DNA from: Candidatus Scatovivens sp. | Lineage (GTDB): Bacteria > Bacillota > Clostridia > TANB77 > CAG-508 | NCBI GenBank assembly: GCA_045646345.1 | Contig: JAZRKN010000005.1 | Location: forward strand, 1-64,000 | Direction of reading: 5' to 3' | DNA: 64,000 nucleotides | Part shown: positions 1-8,944 of the stretch, in pieces | Layout of the letters: the number at the start of each line of letters is the position of its first letter | Numbering within the stretch: the first letter of the stretch is position 1 | Translations under genes and position numbers: made by a program | The notes under the pieces: generated by a model | What the model saw: only the letters and a program-made list of their open reading frames with translations | Database searches by the model: none | What the model was told of the DNA's origin: nothing

Positions 1-2545
1 TCTTGAAGATGAAGAATACGAAGTAGTAGACGACGAAGAAGAACTAGTAGAAGACATCGAAGATGAAGAATACGAAATAGTAGACGATGAAGAAGAACTA
101 GTTGAAGATCTTGAAGATGAAGAATACGAAGTAGTAGATGACGAAGAAGAACTAGTAGAAGATATCGAAGACGAAGAGTACGAAGTAGTAGATGACGAAG
201 AAGAGCTAGTAGAAGACGTCGAAGACGAAGAGTATGAAGTAATGGACGACGAAGAAGAACTAGTAGAAGACATCGAAGATGAAGAATATGAAGTAATAGA
301 CGACGAAGAAGAGCTAGTAGAAGATCTTGAAGATGAAGAATACGAAGTAGTAGACGACGAAGAAGAACTAGTAGAAGACATCGAAGATGAAGAATACGAA
401 ATAGTAGACGATGAAGAAGAACTAGTTGAAGATCTTGAAGATGAAGAATACGAAATAGTAGATGACGAAGAAGAGCTAGTAGAAGATCTTGAAGATGAAG
501 AATACGAAGTAGTAGACGACGAAGAAGAACTAGTAGAAGATCTTGAAGACGAAGAATATGAAGTACTAGACGACGAAGAAGAACTAGTAGAAGACATCGA
601 AGATGAAGAATACGAAGTAGTAGATGATGAAGAAGAATTAGTTGAAGACGTCGAAGACGAAGAATATGAGGTAGTAGACGACGAAGAAGAACTAGTAGAA
701 GACATCGAAGATGAAGAATACGAAGTAATAGACGAAGAAGAAGATCTTGTTGAAGAAGACGCTAATGAAGAAGTTGATGAAACGGTAGAATCAGATGAAG
801 AACAAGATGATGTTGACATGATTCTTGAAGGTAAAGTTGATTTAGATGATGAAGAAGAATTAACAGAAGAGGAAGAAATTGGAGAATTAGAAGAAGCTGA
901 TTCTGAAGAAGACGAAGAATTTGAATATGAAGATTATGATGACTATTCTGATGATGAATACGAAGACGAAGTAGAAGAAGAGAATGAGGATGAAGAAGAT
1001 ATATCAGAAGGTGAAAGTATGTATCCTGATGAATTAGTTGACTTTGAATTAGAATGTATTTATCTTGGATTAATGTTTAATAATCCAAAAGCTATTTCAA
1101 GATTTTATTTTCTATATGAAGATTGTAGATTCTCTGATGAAGAATTAATGAACCTTTATAAAATAATAATATTTAGAGATGGTGAAGCATTTGCACCAGC
1201 AATTGCAAAGGACAAATATCAATTGCCAAGAGAAACACCTCATACTTATGACTTTAAATTAAAAGTTAAAAAGATTGCAGCTGCAAAAGAATATAATTTA
1301 GAACATGTTTATACAGAATTAAAGAAACTATTTATATTAAAGAAAAACTATGTTGTTGCTCCAACATCAAAAGTTCAAGATAAAATATTAGAGATACAAA
1401 AATATAAATTGTATGATGATATGACTGTTGAAGAAGTTGAAAGTGCATTAGATCAAATCATGGTTACAACAGGATTAACTCAAGGAAGATTAAATGAAGA
1501 TACAACATCATTCTTGCTTGCTGGAGATAATGCGTTGAGTAATGGTATTTCAATTCCATTTAATATCCTTTCTACAGTATTTAAAGGACTTAGAAAAGGT
1601 GAAACAATGTGTTATGCAATGCCTTCAAACTCTGGAAAAAGTAGATTTACACTTAATATGGCATCCTATATTTCATTTGTGCATAAAGAAAAAGTTCTAA
1701 TTATTTCAAATGAGATGTCTGAAGAAAAAATGAGGTTGTGCATGATAACAACAATTCTTAATAATCCAGAAATTCAAAAGTTCCATGGACAAAATATAAG
1801 CAAAACAGAGGGAGAATTATTAGAATTAAAATTCAGACCAGATAAAGGTAAGAGAGTAAAATGTGATGAAGATGGATTTATCTTGAGAAGAGATAATGAA
1901 ACTCAAGAAGAATATATAGAAAGATTAAGAAAAAATTCTACAGAGTTTAAACAAACAATTGCCGTTACTGATTGGGTAAACACACAAATAAATAACTCTA
2001 TATTCTTTATTCACATTACAGAACATACAAATGATGATTTAAGAAAAATTATAATGAATTATTACTATAAAGAAGGTATCCAATATATGTTCTATGATAC
2101 ATTAAAAGCGGATACAGCTAATATTGGTAATAGTGATGAAGTTAAGAAAACAGCTACAATACTTTCAAATTTAGCGCAAAAATTTAAAATATTTATTGCA
2201 TCATCAATGCAATTATTAGAAAGCACAACGCTACCTGTTAACTTAACAATTAATGATATGTCAGCAAGTAAAACTGTAAAAGAAGTTTTAGATACACTTT
2301 GTTTAATAAAACAAATTAGTAGAAGAACTCTTCATAAATATGAATATTCAGATACAGATTTGTTTGAAAAATGTCATGATATAGATGTTCCAAAAGATAC
2401 TGATGTTAGATTCTATGCATGTGTTGTAGATAAGAATAGAGCTGGAGCAAAACCAACGGTACTATTTAGATTAAACTTAGCATATAATCGTTGGGAAGAA
2501 TTAGGACATCTAAGATTAAAACAAACAGAAGTTGAAGAAGATTAA
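1..2545 (+). CDS. DnaB-like (SF4) helicase-domain protein with a very long N-terminal acidic repeat region; 5'-truncated by window edge
   Basis: Frame of ORF 242..2545 is open back to base 2. C-terminal half has SF4 motifs: Walker A PSNSGKS, ISNEMS, FYDTLK, SSMQL, KNRAG. Confidence 0.8.
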   Translation, partial: LEDEEYEVVDDEEELVEDIEDEEYEIVDDEEELVEDLEDEEYEVVDDEEELVEDIEDEEYEVVDDEEELVEDVEDEEYEVMDDEEELVEDIEDEEYEVIDDEEELVEDLEDEEYEVVDDEEELVEDIEDEEYEIVDDEEELVEDLEDEEYEIVDDEEELVEDLEDEEYEVVDDEEELVEDLEDEEYEVLDDEEELVEDIEDEEYEVVDDEEELVEDVEDEEYEVVDDEEELVEDIEDEEYEVIDEEEDLVEEDANEEVDETVESDEEQDDVDMILEGKVDLDDEEELTEEEEIGELEEADSEEDEEFEYEDYDDYSDDEYEDEVEEENEDEEDISEGESMYPDELVDFELECIYLGLMFNNPKAISRFYFLYEDCRFSDEELMNLYKIIIFRDGEAFAPAIAKDKYQLPRETPHTYDFKLKVKKIAAAKEYNLEHVYTELKKLFILKKNYVVAPTSKVQDKILEIQKYKLYDDMTVEEVESALDQIMVTTGLTQGRLNEDTTSFLLAGDNALSNGISIPFNILSTVFKGLRKGETMCYAMPSNSGKSRFTLNMASYISFVHKEKVLIISNEMSEEKMRLCMITTILNNPEIQKFHGQNISKTEGELLELKFRPDKGKRVKCDEDGFILRRDNETQEEYIERLRKNSTEFKQTIAVTDWVNTQINNSIFFIHITEHTNDDLRKIIMNYYYKEGIQYMFYDTLKADTANIGNSDEVKKTATILSNLAQKFKIFIASSMQLLESTTLPVNLTINDMSASKTVKEVLDTLCLIKQISRRTLHKYEYSDTDLFEKCHDIDVPKDTDVRFYACVVDKNRAGAKPTVLFRLNLAYNRWEELGHLRLKQTEVEED
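2..748 (+). repeat. Coding tandem repeat, 54-bp unit (18 aa, DDEEELVED[LIV]EDEEYEV[VI])
   Basis: Units start at 29, 83, 137 ... 677 (13 full copies), with a partial copy at the left edge and a degenerate copy at 731. Confidence 0.97.
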
Positions 2546-2549
2546 TATA

Positions 2550-2578
2550 AAAAAGGTTGCTTATAGGCAACCTTTTTT
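2550..2578 (+). terminator. Intrinsic terminator
   Basis: AAAAAGGTTGC...GCAACCTTTTTT hairpin with T-tract just after the stop codon. Confidence 0.85.
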
Positions 2579-2629
2579 GTGTTGTAATGCTCCTTAGATA
2601 GTGAATAAATAGTAAAAATATATAAAAAT

Positions 2630-2658
2630 TTGCAATATTATGTAAAGTGTGATATAAT
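2630..2658 (+). promoter_or_regulatory. Sigma-A promoter
   Basis: TTGCAA-17bp-TATAAT with extended TG. Confidence 0.7.
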
Positions 2659-2749
2659 GGATTTGGTTTCACAAAAAAATAGAGACAAGTTAATATTGAT
2701 ATATATAATTATTTAAATAAAAGAAATTACATGAAAGGAGCTGGGATGG

Positions 2750-2974
2750 ATGGAAAATAGTTCGAGAGAAATCCTTACATATTCGGAAACAACAGATTTA
2801 ACAGATGTTGTTATTGATGAAAACACAAAAAATATTGAACCTTTTATATATCAAAATATAAGTTATTCGGATAAAAGGGTTGTTGAAAAATTAGAAAAAA
2901 TAGAAGATATAAAAAGAAAAATTAATTCGAAAAAAATAAAAGGAAAAGCTACATATATGAGTCTTTTTATATAG
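2750..2974 (+). CDS. Small hypothetical protein
   Basis: 74-aa ORF, AAGGAG upstream, own promoter. Confidence 0.6.
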   Translation: MENSSREILTYSETTDLTDVVIDENTKNIEPFIYQNISYSDKRVVEKLEKIEDIKRKINSKKIKGKATYMSLFI

Positions 2975-2979
2975 TATAA

Positions 2980-3007
2980 GTATAAAAAACCTCTTTTTGG
3001 AAATAAT
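2980..3007 (+). promoter_or_regulatory. Sigma-F/G-type promoter of sigG, within an SD-sequestering hairpin
   Basis: GTATA-14bp-GGAAATAAT; same architecture at 4554..4581. Confidence 0.6.
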
Positions 3008-3042
3008 GTTTATAACATATTTTCGAAAAGGGGGTTTTTATT

Positions 3043-3816
3043 TTGATAAATAGAGTTGAAATATCTAATGTAAACACCTCTAAATTACAAGTATTAACGC
3101 AAGAAGAGACTAAGGAATTATTTAAAAAGATGAAAGAAGGAGATAAAGAAGCAAGAGAAAAATTAATAAATGGAAACTTAAGATTAGTTTTAAGTGTAAT
3201 TCAGAGATTTTGTGGTAGAGGAGAAAATGCAGATGATTTATTTCAAGTTGGCTGTGTAGGATTAATAAAAGCGATAGATAATTTTGATACGAGTTTGGAT
3301 ATACAATTATCTACTTATGGAGTTCCAATGATTATTGGGGAAGTTAGGAGATATTTAAGAGATAATAATATGGTTAGAGTTAGTAGGTCGGTAAGAGATT
3401 TGGCATATAAAGTCTTACAAGCAAAAGAAAAATTAATAAGAGAAAACGGAAAAGAACCTACTATAGATGAAATTGCAAAAGAACTTAATGTAGAAAAAGA
3501 AGAAATAGTACTAAGTCTAGATGCAATTCAAGATCCAGTTTCATTACAAGAACCTGTTTTTAATGATGGTACAGATAATTTATCAATAATGGATCAGGTA
3601 AAGGATAAGAAAAATACAGATGAAATGTGGGCTGAAAATATAACAATGAATGAAGCCTTAAAAAGATTAACGGACAAAGAAAGAATGATAATTGATAAAA
3701 GATTCTTTTTAGGAAGAACTCAGATGGAAGTAGCAGAAGAAATTGGGATTTCACAAGCTCAAGTATCAAGGCTTGAAAAGACTGCACTTGAGCATATGAA
3801 AAGATTATATAAATAA
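3043..3816 (+). CDS. sigG: Sporulation sigma factor SigG
   Basis: N-terminus NRVEISNVNTSKL, DDLFQVGCVGLIKAIDNFD, C-terminal TQMEVAEEIGISQAQVSRLEK. Confidence 0.93.
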   Translation: MINRVEISNVNTSKLQVLTQEETKELFKKMKEGDKEAREKLINGNLRLVLSVIQRFCGRGENADDLFQVGCVGLIKAIDNFDTSLDIQLSTYGVPMIIGEVRRYLRDNNMVRVSRSVRDLAYKVLQAKEKLIRENGKEPTIDEIAKELNVEKEEIVLSLDAIQDPVSLQEPVFNDGTDNLSIMDQVKDKKNTDEMWAENITMNEALKRLTDKERMIIDKRFFLGRTQMEVAEEIGISQAQVSRLEKTALEHMKRLYK

Positions 3817-4053
3817 TTAATAATCGACTAAAATAACATCATCTCCGATTGTTGTTATTGCTGTCCAAGGAATTGTAAGTTCGTTTCCAGTTGAAAAAAA
3901 ATTAAAAATTTTTGTGTTTCCAGGAACTATAATTTCTTTTATAGTTCCTGTTTTTAAGTCTGCTGTAACATCTTGGACAAAACCCAAACGTTTTCCGTCT
4001 TTTATATTAATTACTTCTTTTCTTTTAAAATCTAACCCTTTTTGATTACTCAT
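3817..4053 (-). CDS. ylmC: YlmC/YmxH family PRC-barrel sporulation protein
   Basis: KEVINIKDGKRLG...IPW..I..IGDDVILV signature; likely ATG at 4053 after GAGG. Confidence 0.88.
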   Translation of the reverse strand: MSNQKGLDFKRKEVINIKDGKRLGFVQDVTADLKTGTIKEIIVPGNTKIFNFFSTGNELTIPWTAITTIGDDVILVDY

Positions 4054-4172
4054 AAAACCTCTCAAATTACTATAAATACTAGTAAAATATATGTAAAATT
4101 TGCAAAAATATTCTAAATGTGTTATAATATAATTGGAACCAAATGTTTTCCATATTAAAGGAGGAATTGATC

Positions 4173-4496
4173 ATGGCAGGAAAGATTAACGGTAACAGAG
4201 GGAACGCAGGCATGGGTAAATTCATTTTGAAGACTGTCGCAATTGTGGTGGTCGGAGCAGTCCTTTTTCTTTTGGCTTCGCCTATCTTAAGCGGCATCAG
4301 CGGTTTTACTGCAGCAGCTGCTGGTTGGGTTGATGGCCTTGCAGCACAGGCTGCAGCAACCTGGAAGATCTTCGCAGCGTGGTTGATCGCTTTGGCGGTT
4401 CTTTTCGCAGTGGCTTCCGGTATTGTTGCTTTTTTTTGTAAGTTGGGCAAGAAAAAGAATGATGCGATTGAGGAAGAAGCTTCTAAAAGCATATAG
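4173..4496 (+). CDS. Ala-rich two-TM ORFan membrane protein, GC-richer than host
   Basis: AAGGAGG before ATG 4173, promoter TTGCAA-17-TATAAT at 4100..4128, GC-rich terminator 4514..4547. Confidence 0.75.
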   Translation: MAGKINGNRGNAGMGKFILKTVAIVVVGAVLFLLASPILSGISGFTAAAAGWVDGLAAQAAATWKIFAAWLIALAVLFAVASGIVAFFCKLGKKKNDAIEEEASKSI

Positions 4497-4513
4497 GACG
4501 GCATAACCTTTTG

Positions 4514-4547
4514 GGGCTGGCGATTGTAATGATCGTCGGCCCTTTTT
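4514..4547 (+). terminator. Intrinsic terminator
   Basis: GGGCTGGCGAT...ATCGTCGGCCC followed by TTTTT. Confidence 0.8.
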
Positions 4548-4610
4548 CATTTTGTATAAATTTATATTATATGGGAATAATAGGAAAAAATAGAATTTTA
4601 AGGAGATAAA

Positions 4611-4913
4611 ATGCAAATAAGTAAAACTGAAAATGTGATTTATTTAAAAGATTTGGAGTCTAATATAATAAAACAAGCATTTATTATATTGAAAGATAAT
4701 GTGAAGTTAGATTTTAAAGATGAAAAAGAGAATGAAAGGAGTAAGATTGATATTATAAAAGACGCTGAGAATTTAATAAATTATGAAATAGAGAAAAACA
4801 ATGTAAAATTTGAAAAATTTAAAAATGAAATACTAAATAAGAAAATAAAAATATTAAAAGTTTCTAATATAATAAGCATAATAATACTTATTGGGGTGAT
4901 TTTAATAAAATAG
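4611..4913 (+). CDS. Hypothetical protein with C-terminal TM, probably forespore-expressed
   Basis: AAGGAG SD; sigma-F-like promoter 4554..4581. Confidence 0.7.
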   Translation: MQISKTENVIYLKDLESNIIKQAFIILKDNVKLDFKDEKENERSKIDIIKDAENLINYEIEKNNVKFEKFKNEILNKKIKILKVSNIISIIILIGVILIK

Positions 4914-4976
4914 TAAAAAGAGTAATAAACCTTTTTTGTATGAATATATTTTTAACATATGAAAGAGGTGTATTTT

Positions 4977-5813
4977 TTGGAAAGAATTTTAAATGATGTT
5001 GATAAAATAAAAAGAGCAGAAGAAATATATTATAGAAGAAATAATCAAAATTTTAATATTGAAAATAAATCTAAAATTAATAAGAGTAATATGTTTTTAA
5101 ATTTGCTGATAATGTTTAATTTAACAATTATAGTATTTTGTATTCAAAATAAAAACTTTATATTTACTCAAGATTTCTTAGGAATTATAGACACATATAA
5201 TATAGAGATGAGTCATAAAGTAAAAAGTTTTTTTGAGAGTTTTTTTATAGAACCAACAGTTGAAGAAGATAAAACTTTAGAAGAATTAAATATAATTAAT
5301 GAAACGATAAAAGAAGATGCGAATAATGTTGATGAAAATGAAGTTAATATTGTTACGAACTATTCGGAGGCTTTAAGCAGTACTTTAGATGAGATGGAAG
5401 AAGATATAAAGAATTTAAAAGCAGCTTATAGTTTTATAAATCCCCTAAAAGGTGAGGTAAGTTCTTCTTTTGGTGCTAGAGAATCAAAATATCAAAATGT
5501 AACTGGATATCATACTGGAATTGATATTGCCGCAGAGAAAGGCACACCGATTAATGCATCTATGGAAGGAATTGTAGAATTAGTATCTTCTAAAGGAGAT
5601 TATGGAAAACATGTTAAAATAAGGTGCAACAACGTAACTACGGTATATGCGCATTGTACTCAAATATTTGTAAAGCAAGGACAAATTGTTGCACAAGGAG
5701 AAAGAATTGCAACTGTGGGAAGTACTGGAAATAGTACAGGACCTCATCTGCATTTTGAAATAAGAGTAGATGATAGATATGTGGATCCAGGAAAAGTTAT
5801 AAATTTTAATTAA
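4977..5813 (+). CDS. M23 peptidase family protein, SpoIVFA-like
   Basis: N-terminal TM; HTGIDIA and TGPHLHFE M23 motifs; upstream of an M50 protease; likely TTG start after GAGGTG. Confidence 0.8.
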   Translation: MERILNDVDKIKRAEEIYYRRNNQNFNIENKSKINKSNMFLNLLIMFNLTIIVFCIQNKNFIFTQDFLGIIDTYNIEMSHKVKSFFESFFIEPTVEEDKTLEELNIINETIKEDANNVDENEVNIVTNYSEALSSTLDEMEEDIKNLKAAYSFINPLKGEVSSSFGARESKYQNVTGYHTGIDIAAEKGTPINASMEGIVELVSSKGDYGKHVKIRCNNVTTVYAHCTQIFVKQGQIVAQGERIATVGSTGNSTGPHLHFEIRVDDRYVDPGKVINFN

Positions 5814-5823
5814 AGGAAAGAAC

Positions 5824-6447
5824 ATGAAAATTGAAATAAATTTAAAAATAATTTTGGCTATTTTGTTATTTCTATTGATAAAAAACTTAGATGTTTATTT
5901 GATTTTCTTAACATTTATTTTAATTCATGAAATGTGTCATTTAGTTGCTGGAATTATATTAGGAGGAAAACCAAAGAAGATGACTATATCGTTGTTTGGT
6001 GTTTCTTTGGAATTTTACTCGTATGTAAAAGCCAAAACTTTATATAAGATTATATTTTATGCAATAGGGCCATTTGTAAACATATTTATCGCTAGTTTTA
6101 TAAATTTTTGTTGTGAAGCTGGAAATATAATATTAGAAAGAATAATGATTATTAATTATTCGATTGGATTTTTTAATTTAATTCCGATATTACCGTTAGA
6201 TGGTGGTAAGATTGCCAGAGAAATACTGAAGTTAATCTTAAATGTTCAAAATGCAAGTAAAATGTCTATTTATATTAGTAAGGCCATATTAATAATCATA
6301 ACGACGATATATAGTGTTTTAATCATTAAGATAAAAAATATTACAATATTATTTTTAATAATGTATTTATGGTATTTATATAAAATAGAAGAAAGAAAAT
6401 ATAATATATTTTTAAAAACAAGTAAAGCTATAGAAAATATGATTTAA
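5824..6447 (+). CDS. M50 site-2 protease, SpoIVFB-like
   Basis: HEMCH and NLIPILPLDGG motifs. Confidence 0.85.
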   Translation: MKIEINLKIILAILLFLLIKNLDVYLIFLTFILIHEMCHLVAGIILGGKPKKMTISLFGVSLEFYSYVKAKTLYKIIFYAIGPFVNIFIASFINFCCEAGNIILERIMIINYSIGFFNLIPILPLDGGKIAREILKLILNVQNASKMSIYISKAILIIITTIYSVLIIKIKNITILFLIMYLWYLYKIEERKYNIFLKTSKAIENMI

Positions 6448-6517
6448 ATACTTACTTGAAATTTTTTGGAATTAATAGTAATCTATATATATAAATTGAG
6501 TTTTATGGTAAAAAGGT

Positions 6518-6955
6518 ATGAATAAAAATAGAATAACATTTACAGTTTGTATACTTGTTGTATTAACGATTTTTTGTGCTATTGCTTATTATGTGACAAA
6601 TGGTGTACAAATAGTTAAATTGAATAACATGTATAAAGATATAAGAATTTTAGAAAATAAAATTTCATTATATTATTTGGATAATGGAACATTACCAGTG
6701 AAAAAAGAAAGTATTATTTATTTTTCGAAAAAATCTATAAATCCAAATGATAATGAGATTTATTATGAGATTGATTTAGAAAAACTAGAAAATTTTAATA
6801 TAACTTATGGAAAAGGTTTTTTGGGTGCAAATGATAAGTACATAATAAATGAACAAAGCCATACAATATATTATTATTCTGGAATAGAATATAAAGATGA
6901 AATTCTTTTTACAAGAGATATTAATTATGAGTATGTTGATTTGGAAAAATATTAA
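6518..6955 (+). CDS. Membrane-anchored protein, degenerate type IV pilin-like
   Basis: Short basic N-terminus, hydrophobic helix, then amphipathic helix ending YYLDNGTLP; lacks canonical G|F...E5 site. Confidence 0.45.
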   Translation: MNKNRITFTVCILVVLTIFCAIAYYVTNGVQIVKLNNMYKDIRILENKISLYYLDNGTLPVKKESIIYFSKKSINPNDNEIYYEIDLEKLENFNITYGKGFLGANDKYIINEQSHTIYYYSGIEYKDEILFTRDINYEYVDLEKY

Positions 6956-6973
6956 TAAAGATTGTAAAAAAGC

Positions 6974-7044
6974 TTGCTAAATAAGAAAAATTGTGTTAAA
7001 ATAGTCGAGGTAAAATTATGTTGATTTTACTTCGACTATTTTTT
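6974..7044 (+). promoter_or_regulatory. rpsF promoter overlapped by a 21-bp inverted repeat/terminator
   Basis: TTGCTA-17-TAAAAT; arms 6998..7018 and 7022..7042. Confidence 0.6.
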
Positions 7045-7070
7045 ACTAGTATAAATTGATTTTTATACTA

Positions 7071-7114
7071 CCTTACTCATACAACCGGTATGGGTTTAAT
7101 ATCCAAAAGGAGGT
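7071..7114 (+). ncRNA. S6:S18 ribosomal protein leader (putative)
   Basis: CCTT / ACTCATAC...GTATGGGT stem, CCA, then AAGGAGG that can pair with CCTT; directly upstream of rpsF. Confidence 0.6.
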
Positions 7115-7122
7115 GAAAGATA

Positions 7123-7410
7123 ATGAATAGATACGAGACAGTATTCATTATTAATCCAAATGTTGAAGAAGCTGGAGTTAAAGAATTAATTCAAAAATTC
7201 TCAGACATTATTAATAATGATGGAAAAGTTGAGTCAGTAGAAGAGTTAGGAAAAAGAAAATTAGCTTATGAAATCAAAAAGAATTCAGAAGGTATTTATG
7301 TATTAATTAACTTTGAAGCTGCACCAAGTTTAATCAAAGAACTTGAAAGAGTATACAGAATTACAGACGAAGTTGTTAAATTCATCGTTGTAAGAAAAGA
7401 CGAAGAATAA
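7123..7410 (+). CDS. rpsF: 30S ribosomal protein S6
   Basis: MNRYETVFII...GKRKLAYEIKK. Confidence 0.97.
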   Translation: MNRYETVFIINPNVEEAGVKELIQKFSDIINNDGKVESVEELGKRKLAYEIKKNSEGIYVLINFEAAPSLIKELERVYRITDEVVKFIVVRKDEE

Positions 7411-7431
7411 TTAAGAAAGGCGGAAGCTAGT

Positions 7432-7851
7432 ATGAACAAAGTAATTTTAATGGGAAGATTAACAAGAGACCCAGAAGTAAGATATACTCAAACAAACAAT
7501 ACTTTAGTTGCTTCTTTTAGTTTAGCAGTTAATAGAAGATTTGCTAGACAAGGAGAAGAAAGACAAGCAGACTTTATAAATGTTGTGGCTTGGAATAAAA
7601 CTGGAGAATTCTGTAGCAAATATTTTAAAAAAGGTCAACAAGTATCAATAATTGGAAGAATCCAAACAAGAAATTGGGATGACGAGAATGGCCAAAAACA
7701 TTATGTTACAGAAGTAATTGCAGAAGAAGCATATTTTGCAGATAGTAAAAGAGATGGAGATGCATCAGGATTTGAAAGTACATTTGGAGAAGCTGTTACA
7801 CAAAGTGCAGAATTCCAAGTAACTTCATCTGATGATGATTTACCATTCTAA
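7432..7851 (+). CDS. ssb: Single-stranded DNA-binding protein
   Basis: MNKVILMGRLTRDPE; C-terminal DDDLPF. Confidence 0.97.
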   Translation: MNKVILMGRLTRDPEVRYTQTNNTLVASFSLAVNRRFARQGEERQADFINVVAWNKTGEFCSKYFKKGQQVSIIGRIQTRNWDDENGQKHYVTEVIAEEAYFADSKRDGDASGFESTFGEAVTQSAEFQVTSSDDDLPF

Positions 7852-7893
7852 GATTAATTAATATATGAAATTAGAAGATTGGAGGATTTTGAA

Positions 7894-8175
7894 ATGGCTG
7901 ATAAAAAACAAAATAGAAGAAACAATAGAAACAACCAAGATGATGATTTTAATCCAAAGTTTAGAAAAATGAGAAAAAAAGTTTGCGCATTATGCAATGA
8001 CAAAAACTTTGAATTAGATTATAAAAATGCAGATCAATTAAGAAAATTTATCAACGAAAAAGGTAAAATATTACCAAGAAGAGCAACAGGAGCTTGTGCT
8101 AAACATCAAAGAGAAATTACAGCTACAGTTAAAAGAGCTAGACACATTGCTATCATACCTTATTCTCAAGATTAA
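7894..8175 (+). CDS. rpsR: 30S ribosomal protein S18
   Basis: DYKN..LRKFI.E.GKILPRR.TG.CAKHQR; ATG 7894 after GGAGG. Confidence 0.96.
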   Translation: MADKKQNRRNNRNNQDDDFNPKFRKMRKKVCALCNDKNFELDYKNADQLRKFINEKGKILPRRATGACAKHQREITATVKRARHIAIIPYSQD

Positions 8176-8304
8176 TTTTGAACAATATATAGTAAAAGAA
8201 GAGTATAGATATTTATACTCTTCTTTTTTTCAATTATTATTGCAATAATAATTTGAAGCATATATAATATGAAAAGAAAATAAAAACAAAAGGAGATTAA
8301 ATAA

Positions 8305-8763
8305 ATGGGAAAAAGAGGATTTGAAATAGCAAAAGGTTTTGAAGATGCAGGAATAAACTTACCAGTAAGAAAAACAAAATTTTCTGCAGGATATGATGTA
8401 GAGGCTGCGGAAGATATTGTTGTACCAGCTTTTAAAAGAGGACAAAAACCAACATTAATAAAAACAGGAATAAAAGCATATATGGAAGATGATGAAGTTC
8501 TTCTTTTGTATAACAGAAGCTCTAACCCAGGAAAAAGAGGATTAATTTTAGCAAATAGTGTTGGAGTTATAGATAAAGATTATTACGGAAATCCAGATAA
8601 TGATGGACATATCATGTTTGCTTTCTATAATATAAAAGACGAAGATGTAGAAATCAAAAAAGGTGATGCTGTTGGACAAGCTGTATTCCAAAAATATCTT
8701 GTGACAGATTCAGATAATGCTGATGGAGAAAGAGTTGGTGGATTTGGGTCAACAACAAAATAA
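8305..8763 (+). CDS. dut: Trimeric dUTPase
   Basis: SAGYD, RSS, GVIDKDY and RVGGFGST motifs. Confidence 0.93.
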   Translation: MGKRGFEIAKGFEDAGINLPVRKTKFSAGYDVEAAEDIVVPAFKRGQKPTLIKTGIKAYMEDDEVLLLYNRSSNPGKRGLILANSVGVIDKDYYGNPDNDGHIMFAFYNIKDEDVEIKKGDAVGQAVFQKYLVTDSDNADGERVGGFGSTTK

Positions 8764-8944
8764 ATTAGGTAAAAAAACTATATATTAAATCTCTAAATCT
8801 TCTAATTTGCAAGTGTTTTTTGAAATATGTAATGAAAATGAAAAAAACTTTTTTAAAATTCGTTATATTTCTTTGACTTTTGCCATTTTTTGTAGTATAA
8901 TTGTAATGTAGTAATTTTTAAATTACTTGGAAGGAGTGGCGAAA

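Noticed and set aside
2-748. Periodic array as a CRISPR
   Set aside because: Contiguous in-frame coding repeat with no unique spacers and no cas genes.
4123-4581. End-to-end pairing for the 4173 cassette
   Set aside because: Only short, bulged or non-nested AT-rich matches; not distinguishable from chance.
4079-4616. Antisense ORFs 4079..4504 and 4287..4616
   Set aside because: Shadows of the GC-richer + strand gene, which has the SD, promoter and terminator.
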